NCBI GenBank assembly: GCA_963705305.1
Contig: OY970067.1
Span: forward strand, 672,001 to 736,000
Reading direction: 5' to 3'
From: an uncultured Methylomirabilota bacterium
Lineage (GTDB): Bacteria > Methylomirabilota > Methylomirabilia > Methylomirabilales > 2-02-FULL-66-22
DNA: 64,000 nt
Each line of letters starts with the position of its first letter. The first letter of the stretch is position 1. The notes beneath the pieces are model-generated. The model had not been told where the DNA came from, did not search any database, and saw only the letters and a program-made list of their open reading frames with translations. The translations under genes and the position numbers were made by a program. Shown one piece after another: positions 56,943 to 64,000 of the stretch.

Positions 56943-57410
56943 GGCCTCGACTTCGGGACAGCTGTCCGGTAAGGGCCGGATGCCTTTGGAGCCGGCGAAC
57001 CAGAGCGTGCGTAGGGGGGCGGAGCCGGCGCGACCCGGCCCTGTGCTTGGCGAGTATGGCGGCCGATGACGATTTGCGGCCGCAGCGTGTTCGTCTGTGC
57101 GCCATGGAGGGCTCCGGAGCAGAAGGGGAAGGTATCCCCTTTCCCGGTAACCCCCCTGCCAGTGAGGTCTGCTGTGGTCTTGCACCGCATCCTCGCGGGT
57201 ACCGATCACGGTCATACCCCTTTGTCGGCGGCCCGCACGTCGCGCGCGCCGCCCGCCCATCGCGTGTCTAGAGCGCCAGCTATCCCGGGAGATTCCCGTG
57301 TCTTGATCTTGGCTGGGCCTGACCCCCGGAGATGATCGTGGGGGCGAATCTGTCATCTGCCGGATGATGCCTCAGTGGGCCCGAGGCGCCACGGCAGGGA
57401 GGGGAGATCC

Positions 57411-58559
57411 ATGACGACTTCACGCTTCAGAGCCTGGCTATCACTTCCAATGGCGGTCCTTCTGCTGGCGGCTGTCGCGGCACCTGCCGCGGCAGACGAG
57501 ATCCGCTTTGGCGCCGGCCTGAACATCACCGGCCCCACCGCGTCGCAGGGCGCGCTCTTCCGCAAGGCCATCCTGCTGGCGGAGAAGCAGATCAATGCGG
57601 CCGGGGGGATCAACGGCAAGATGGTGAAGATGCATATCGAGGACAACCAATCCACCAACCCTGGCGCGCTGGCGGCGCTCGCCCGAAACATCGAGCAGGA
57701 CAAGGTGCTGGTGGAGGTCGGCCCGGTCCTCAGCACCCAGGTCCAGGCCATCTCCGACACGGATCAGCAAGCCGGGGTCCCCATGGCCACCGGGGGAACC
57801 GCGGTCAAGAACACCCATATGGGGAATCCCTGGCTGTTCCGCATGCGACCCGACGACTCCGTGGCGGCCAGCGTCATGGTCCAGTACATCAAGAATGACA
57901 TGCACCTGACCAAGGTGGGCATCCTGCACGACTCCGACGCCTTCGGGACGGGCGGCGCAAATCTCGTGGAGCAGTATTCCAAGGAATCGGGGCTGACGAT
58001 GGTCAAGCGGGTCAGCTACACCGCCGACAGCAAGGACTACACCGCCCAACTGCTCGCCCTGAAGAGCGCGGGCGCCGAGGTCATGGTGGTGTATGCCACC
58101 CGCCCGGAAAACGTGGCCCTCATCCAGCGGCAGTACCACGATCTGGGCGCCCCTTACCAGTACCTGGGCTCTCCCTCCAGCGCCGAGGTGGATGCCCTGG
58201 CGCTCTCGCGCGAGGCGGCGACCGGGATCCATGCCGTGGTGGATTTTGTCCTCGGGACGACCGAGGTCTCCCAGAAGTACGTGGATGCCTACCGGAAGGA
58301 GTACAATTCGGAGCCCGATGCCTTGTCCGCTTGGAATTACGATGCCGTCATCTTCTTCGCCGACATCATCCGCAAGGTCGGGGAGGACCGCAGCCAGATC
58401 ATCAAGGCCATCCTCGACACGCACGGCTGGCAGGGGGTGTGCGGCACGTACGATTTCACCCCGAACGGAGACGGGCTCCACTCGAACAGCGTGGTCGAGG
58501 TCATGCCGGGCGGCAAGATCAAGCTGCTCAAGGTGGTCACAGTCAAGCCACAGCCCTGA
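57411..58559 (+). CDS. Orphan HAAT-type substrate-binding protein
   Basis: Signal peptide, TGP.A..G, INAAGGING, WLFR..PDD, GVCG.Y.F...GD. Confidence 0.87.
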   Translation: MTTSRFRAWLSLPMAVLLLAAVAAPAAADEIRFGAGLNITGPTASQGALFRKAILLAEKQINAAGGINGKMVKMHIEDNQSTNPGALAALARNIEQDKVLVEVGPVLSTQVQAISDTDQQAGVPMATGGTAVKNTHMGNPWLFRMRPDDSVAASVMVQYIKNDMHLTKVGILHDSDAFGTGGANLVEQYSKESGLTMVKRVSYTADSKDYTAQLLALKSAGAEVMVVYATRPENVALIQRQYHDLGAPYQYLGSPSSAEVDALALSREAATGIHAVVDFVLGTTEVSQKYVDAYRKEYNSEPDALSAWNYDAVIFFADIIRKVGEDRSQIIKAILDTHGWQGVCGTYDFTPNGDGLHSNSVVEVMPGGKIKLLKVVTVKPQP

Positions 58560-58911
58560 GCAGGCAGGTCTCCGGCGGCAGGCTGGGCGAGGCTGGCCCC
58601 GAGGATCATCCGGGCCAGCCCAGGCGTGAAGACGCAATGCTTGATGCAGAGGTGGCTGTCCTATTGCGAGAGGCAAGGTGTGCCGGGACCACGGTGGCGG
58701 TAGACTGGGCGGCGGTGGGCATCGCTCGCAAGAGCTCTCAGGTCGCCTTTTTGTCGGGGAAGTGCGTGGCGGGCCGAGGCCTCCTAGCCTGAGTATCCGC
58801 GGTCAGGAGATTTTCCCTGTCAGCCTCTCCATGCCCGGGGCAGTGTTCGCGGTGTCCGGTGCGCAGATACGCGGACCGGCTTTTCTCCATCACCCCAATA
58901 GGAGGTACGCC

Positions 58912-60192
58912 ATGACACGCGGCAGTCGAAGGTGGGCAGCAACCTCACTGATTATCGGGATCGCCGTCCTTTTCATTGCCAGCCCGGCGGCGGCCCAAGT
59001 GAAGATCCGATTCCAGAGCTGGCACTGGGGAGAGACGCCCACGGTGCACGTTTTTGAAAACTTCCAGCAGGAGTTCAACAAGGCCAATCCCGGCATCGAG
59101 GTCGTCCGCGACGAGAGCCGGTACGCCGACAAGGAAACCGTCTACACGGCGCAGTCCCAGGCCAAGGCTGCGGCCGACCTCGCGCAGTTTACCCAGCGGC
59201 CCATCCCGTTCTTCGCGGAGCGCGGCTATCTTCTGGCCCTCGATCCGTTCATCGCAAAGGAGGGCGGCCAAAAGTTCCTGGCGCAGTTCGATCAGGCCGC
59301 GCTCGAGGTGTGCAAGTACAAGGGAAAGATCTACTGCATTCCCGAGTACGTGAACCCCATGGCGCTGCTCTACAACACCGCCCACTTCAAGGCGGTGGGG
59401 CTCGACCCGACCAAGCCGCCGGCCACCTGGGACCAGTTCATCGCGGATGCGACGAAGTTGACGACGGGCTCCCGGTACGGCGTGGGCCTCATCGGCGCCC
59501 GCCAGGAAGGACTATTCCTCCGCTTCAACCCGCTCTTCTGGGGGGCGGGCGCAGAGTACCTCACCCCGGACGAGAAGCACTCCGCGCTCGACACGCCGGA
59601 GGCGCTGGAGGGCTTCAAATTCTACGTCGAGCTGTTCACGAAGCACAAGGTGGTCCCGCCGGGGGTGGTCGAGCAGGGAGCGCAGGAGGTCCGGACGCAA
59701 ATGGCGTTCGAGAAGGTCTCCATGGTCATCGCGGTCCCGCAGTCCTGGCGGATCATCAATGCGCTCAACCCGAACCTGAAAGCCCATGAGGTGCTGAGTG
59801 CTGCGCCGGTTCCGGTCGGCAAGAAGAAGGTGACAGCGGTCGAGTACGGCGTGTTCGTCATCAGCGCCTTCACCAAGAACCCCGAGGCTGCCTGGAAGGT
59901 TTACAAGGCCTGGTACAGCCACGACGTGCAGTTGATGGACTACAAGATCGCCGGCGTCCTGCCGGCCCGCCTCGACGTCAAGAACGGGCCGGAGATGCGA
60001 AACGACAAGTTCGCGAAGGTCTACACCGCGCAGACCCCGTTCGTGAAGCTGGACCCGCGCATCCCGGAGTGGCCGAAGATCGGGGACGCCGTCATCACGG
60101 CGGTCCAGGAGGCCTTCACGGGTGTGAAGACACCCGAGCAAGCCTTGCATGACGCGCACCTCGCGGCCAACCGGGCTCTGAGCGGCCAGTAG
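58912..60192 (+). CDS. Sugar (CUT1) ABC transporter substrate-binding protein
   Basis: GGAGG RBS, signal peptide, F.K.NPGI.V, LLYN..F, PP.TWD, KTPEQAL. Confidence 0.88.
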   Translation: MTRGSRRWAATSLIIGIAVLFIASPAAAQVKIRFQSWHWGETPTVHVFENFQQEFNKANPGIEVVRDESRYADKETVYTAQSQAKAAADLAQFTQRPIPFFAERGYLLALDPFIAKEGGQKFLAQFDQAALEVCKYKGKIYCIPEYVNPMALLYNTAHFKAVGLDPTKPPATWDQFIADATKLTTGSRYGVGLIGARQEGLFLRFNPLFWGAGAEYLTPDEKHSALDTPEALEGFKFYVELFTKHKVVPPGVVEQGAQEVRTQMAFEKVSMVIAVPQSWRIINALNPNLKAHEVLSAAPVPVGKKKVTAVEYGVFVISAFTKNPEAAWKVYKAWYSHDVQLMDYKIAGVLPARLDVKNGPEMRNDKFAKVYTAQTPFVKLDPRIPEWPKIGDAVITAVQEAFTGVKTPEQALHDAHLAANRALSGQ

Positions 60193-60273
60193 TCGCGGAT
60201 TCCCTGTTGACTTGGCGCGAGCCAGGGAGAATAATCCCCTCCCTGGCTCGTCGTCCGCTTGGGGGAGTTGGGA

Positions 60274-61149
60274 ATGCGTGCAGGCCGCGCCTGGCATGAT
60301 CGCCATCTCGGATACCTCTTCGTTCTTCCCGCCACGCTCCTGCTGGCAGCGGTCCTGATTTTCCCCGCCTTCATCACGCTGAAGGCGAGCGTCACGCCCG
60401 ACGGGGGCAGCGGCTGGCACTTCACGCTGGTCCAGTACCAGAAGGCATCGCACGATCCGGTACTGCTGCAGACGTTCAAGAACACCTTCGCCTTCGTCTT
60501 CTGGAGCCTGGCCGGCCATTTCCTGCTGGGGCTCAGCCTTGCGCTCGCGCTGAACCAGGCGCTCCCCGGCCAGACGTTCTTCCGGCTGATCACCCTCATC
60601 CCCTGGACGATCCCCGATGTGGTCGCAGGCATCATCTTCCGGTGGGTATTGAACCCCATCAACGGCAGCCTGAATCCTTTGCTCCACTCCCTGATTCCGG
60701 GCTTCCCGGCCGACTTCCAATGGCTCTCCAATCCAACTTTGGCCTTTCCCTCTGTGATCTTGGCCAATGTCTGGCGTGGCTATCCTCTGGTGATGGTGAT
60801 GCTGTTGGCCGGCCTGATGGCCATTCCGCGAGAGCTGTACGAGGCCGCCGCCGTGGACGGAGCCGGGCGCGTCAAGCGCTTCTTTCACGTCACGCTTCCC
60901 GGCCTCCGCACCATCATCGTCATCGCGCTGGCCCTGGACATGGTATGGGAATTTCGCCGCTTTGCGCTGGTCGTGGCCATGACGGGCGGCGGCCCGGGGA
61001 CGCTGACCGAGGTTCTGTCTACGTTGGTGTACAAGACCTACTTCCAGTTCTTCAACTTCGAATACGCGTCGGCCATGGCGATCCTGATGAGTGCGGTGCT
61101 CTTCGTTCTGAGCCTGCCCTACATCATCCTCGTGGGGAGGGAGCGGTGA
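60274..61149 (+). CDS. Sugar ABC transporter permease
   Basis: YLFVLP, EAA loop (LYEAAAVDGA), TGGGPG. Confidence 0.9.
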   Translation: MRAGRAWHDRHLGYLFVLPATLLLAAVLIFPAFITLKASVTPDGGSGWHFTLVQYQKASHDPVLLQTFKNTFAFVFWSLAGHFLLGLSLALALNQALPGQTFFRLITLIPWTIPDVVAGIIFRWVLNPINGSLNPLLHSLIPGFPADFQWLSNPTLAFPSVILANVWRGYPLVMVMLLAGLMAIPRELYEAAAVDGAGRVKRFFHVTLPGLRTIIVIALALDMVWEFRRFALVVAMTGGGPGTLTEVLSTLVYKTYFQFFNFEYASAMAILMSAVLFVLSLPYIILVGRER

Positions 61150-62003
61150 AGAGCTTCATGGCGGCCTCGGAGCGGCAGGAGCGGCGGATCGAAGGGGTCG
61201 TGTCGTACAGCCTCCTCGCCCTGTCCACGCTCTTCGCACTTCTCCCCATCGCCTGGATGCTTTCCACCTCCTTCAAGAGCGAGGGCGAGGCCCTGAGCCT
61301 GCCGGTCCACTGGATCCCGCAGCATCCCACAGTACAGGCGTACCTCGAGATGTGGACCCTCAAGCCCTTCGGGACCTATTTCTGGAACAGCATAGTGGTC
61401 TCGGGCGTCACCGCCCTCGTGTCGACGGTCGTGGGCGCTCTGGCCGGCTACGGCTTCTCCCGGTTTCGATTTCGCGGCCGGAGCAGCCTTCTCGCCTTCT
61501 TCCTTGCAACCCAGATGATCTCCGGCATCCTGGTGATCGGCCCCTACTTCCAGATCCTCGCCGCGGTGGAGCTGTATAACACGCTCACCGGGTTGGTCAT
61601 CGCCTATGTGACGATTTGCCTGCCCTTCGCCGCCTGGATGTCCAAGGGCTACTTCGACTCGATCCCCAGGGAGCTGGACGAGGCGGGCCTGGTGGACGGA
61701 GCCTCGCGCCTGCAGATCTTCCTACGGATCATCTGCCCCATTGCCGTTCCCGGCACCGTGTCCACGTTGCTCTTCGCCTTCCTCCTGGCCTGGCAGGACC
61801 TTCTCTGGGCGCTGTGCCTCATTTCCATCGACGAGAAGCGCACCGTGACTCTGGGGGTGGCCTTCCTTGTCGGCGAGTTCATCATCAAGTGGCCCATGCT
61901 GACGGCCGCCTCCCTGATCGGAAGCCTTCCCACCATCATTCTGTACCTCTTCTTGCAGCGGTATTACGTGGAAGGCTTGGCTCGCGGCGCCGTCAAGGGG
62001 TAA
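61146..62003 (+). CDS. Sugar ABC transporter permease
   Basis: STSFK, YFWNS, IPRELDEA..VDGA, QRYYV.GL..GAVKG; start 61146 (GTG) or 61158. Confidence 0.9.
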   Translation: MKSFMAASERQERRIEGVVSYSLLALSTLFALLPIAWMLSTSFKSEGEALSLPVHWIPQHPTVQAYLEMWTLKPFGTYFWNSIVVSGVTALVSTVVGALAGYGFSRFRFRGRSSLLAFFLATQMISGILVIGPYFQILAAVELYNTLTGLVIAYVTICLPFAAWMSKGYFDSIPRELDEAGLVDGASRLQIFLRIICPIAVPGTVSTLLFAFLLAWQDLLWALCLISIDEKRTVTLGVAFLVGEFIIKWPMLTAASLIGSLPTIILYLFLQRYYVEGLARGAVKG

Positions 62004-62022
62004 GGCGGTCGAGGAGTACGGC

Positions 62023-63714
62023 ATGGCGGAGCCCGCAGAGCCGAACAAGATCATCTATTCCATGGTCGGCGTGGGAAAGACGTACGGTACGAAGCACGTG
62101 CTGAAGGACATCTCCCTTTCTTACTTCTACGGCGCCAAGATCGGCGTCCTTGGCCTGAACGGCGCCGGCAAGAGCACGCTGCTGCGGATCATGGCCGGGG
62201 AGGAGACCGAGTTTATCGGCGAGACCCACTGCGCGCCGGGCTACACCATCGGCTTCCTGGAGCAGGAGCCAAAGCTCGACCCCGCCAAGACCGTCCTCGA
62301 GGTGGCGCGCGAAGGCGTGCAGGAGACCGTCGACCTGCTGAAGCAGTTCGAGGAGATCAGCGCCAGGTTCGCCGAGCCCATGGCCGACGAGGAGATGAAC
62401 GCGCTGCTCGAGAAACAAGGGAAGGTGCAGGACAGGCTGGATGCGGCCGGCGCGTGGGATCTCGACAGCCGGCTGAATCTGGCCGTGGATGCCCTGCGCT
62501 GTCCATCGGGCGACACACCCGTGAGACTCCTCTCCGGCGGTGAATTGCGCCGGGTCGCGCTGTGCCGCCTCCTGCTCCGGCAGCCCGACATCCTCCTGCT
62601 CGACGAGCCGACCAACCACCTCGACGCCGAATCCGTGGCATGGCTGGAAGAGCACCTGCGACAGTACGAGGGCACGGTCATCGCGGTCACGCACGATCGC
62701 TACTTTCTCGACAACGTGGCGGGGTGGATCCTGGAGTTGGACCGCGGGCACGGGATCCCCTGGAAGGGGAACTACAGCTCCTGGCTGGCGCAGAAGCAGG
62801 AACGGCTCCAGCGCGAGGGGAAGACGGAGAGCGAGCGGCAGCGCACCCTCGAGCGCGAGCTGGAATGGATCCGGATGTCCCCGAAGGGGCGGCACGCCAA
62901 GGGAAAGGCCCGGATCAACGCCTACGAGACGCTCCTCCAGCAGGACCACGAGCGGCTGGCGCGGGACCTCGATATCTGCATCCCGCCCGGGCCGCGGTTG
63001 GGCGACGCGGTAATCCGCGCCGAGGGCGTGGCCAAGGCCTACGGGGATCAGGTCCTCTTCGACGAGATGACCTTCACCGTTCCGCCGGCGGCGGTGGTGG
63101 GAGTCGTGGGGCCGAACGGTGCGGGGAAGACGACGCTGTTTCGCATGCTCACCGGCGAGGAGACGCCTGACAGGGGAACGCTCGCCCTCGGGCAGACGGT
63201 GGCGCTGGCCTATGTGGATCAGGCCCGGAGCGGGCTCGACCCCACACAGACCGTGTGGGAGGCCATTTCCGGCGGGCAGGACCAGATCCCGCTGGGGAAG
63301 ACCATGGTCAATTCGCGCGCCTACGCCGCGCGCTTCAACTTCCTCGGCCCCGACCAGCAGAAGAAGGTTGGCTCGCTCTCGGGGGGCGAGCGAAACCGCC
63401 TGCACCTGGCGCGCATGCTGCGCCGCGAGGCCAACGTCATCCTGCTCGACGAGCCGACCAACGACCTCAACGTCAACACCATGCGGGCCCTCGAGGACGC
63501 CATTGACCGGTACGCCGGGTGCGTCCTGGTCATCTCGCACGATCGCTGGTTCCTCGACCGCATCGCGACCCACGTCCTCGCGTTCGAGGGGGACAGCCGG
63601 GTATACTGGTTCGAGGGGAATTGGAGCGAGTACGAGGCTGACCGCAAGCGCCGCCTCGGCGCCGCGGCCGAGCGGCCTCACCGCATCCGCTACCGGCCGC
63701 TCACGCGGACCTAA
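62023..63714 (+). CDS. ettA: Energy-dependent translational throttle protein (ABC-F)
   Basis: LSYFYGAKIGVLGLNGAGKS, two ABC domains, ELEWIR..PK.R.AK.KAR linker, HRIRY C-terminus. Confidence 0.93.
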   Translation: MAEPAEPNKIIYSMVGVGKTYGTKHVLKDISLSYFYGAKIGVLGLNGAGKSTLLRIMAGEETEFIGETHCAPGYTIGFLEQEPKLDPAKTVLEVAREGVQETVDLLKQFEEISARFAEPMADEEMNALLEKQGKVQDRLDAAGAWDLDSRLNLAVDALRCPSGDTPVRLLSGGELRRVALCRLLLRQPDILLLDEPTNHLDAESVAWLEEHLRQYEGTVIAVTHDRYFLDNVAGWILELDRGHGIPWKGNYSSWLAQKQERLQREGKTESERQRTLERELEWIRMSPKGRHAKGKARINAYETLLQQDHERLARDLDICIPPGPRLGDAVIRAEGVAKAYGDQVLFDEMTFTVPPAAVVGVVGPNGAGKTTLFRMLTGEETPDRGTLALGQTVALAYVDQARSGLDPTQTVWEAISGGQDQIPLGKTMVNSRAYAARFNFLGPDQQKKVGSLSGGERNRLHLARMLRREANVILLDEPTNDLNVNTMRALEDAIDRYAGCVLVISHDRWFLDRIATHVLAFEGDSRVYWFEGNWSEYEADRKRRLGAAAERPHRIRYRPLTRT

Positions 63715-63800
63715 CAAGCTGCTGAAAAAGGCATCTGCGGCGTTGGCCCGCTCGGGCACTCGCTGCGGCGTACTGGAAGAGAGGGGCACGGTACACGCGT
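63712..63800 (+). repeat. Possible truncated MITE/REP-like element
   Basis: TAACAAGCTGCTGAAAAAGGCATCTGC...GCGGCGTAC looks like an IS-type terminal inverted repeat; no matching right end in window. Confidence 0.35.
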
Positions 63801-64000
63801 CGGAGGGCCGCTACCCGGATGACTGTCAACGGGCCCCTGGAATCCTCCCGCTCTCCGAGCCGCGTCGTTGGACGTGGGTTCTCCGCTGCGCCCGGCACGG
63901 ACGCCCGCGGCGGCGTCGCCTGGCAGTGACGAAGCTTGTCCGATCGCTGGTCTTTGTGAGGATGTGGCGTCGCACCATCCCCGGCACCCTCACGCTGTCG

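Overview
GC-rich bacterial chromosomal window; gene content and style suggest an anaerobe-capable lineage such as Methylomirabilota/NC10 or a deltaproteobacterium (inference only). 1-8.2 kb: housekeeping run selA-hypothetical-tmk-holB-ricT(PSP1)-metG-purM. 8.2-22 kb: mixed metabolic/regulatory genes (DcuC transporter + M20 hydrolase, paaK + ACT, GH88, hybrid kinase, class I aldolase, arfB, antiporter, M23 peptidase). 22.2-32.9 kb: a divergent pair of operons. Leftward: corrinoid protein, UroD/MtaA-family methyltransferase, DUF1638-like, ACT and Rid. Rightward: LarA-like protein, a four-subunit 2-oxoacid:ferredoxin oxidoreductase, a non-canonical SucCD and an EthD-like protein. This is the best candidate for an undescribed catabolic system. 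33-62 kb: transporter-dense region (two HAAT ABC, TTT, TRAP, sugar ABC) with three IclR regulators and visible operators, interrupted by a decayed defence islet (methylase tail, VapBC-type TA, gene relic). The window ends with ettA. Non-coding signals: several intergenic 7- or 8-bp-periodic repeat hairpins, a tRNA-3'-end-like att scar, leaderless promoters, an amidohydrolase stump and two single-base frameshifts. No CRISPR array, rRNA, intact tRNA or transposase was seen.
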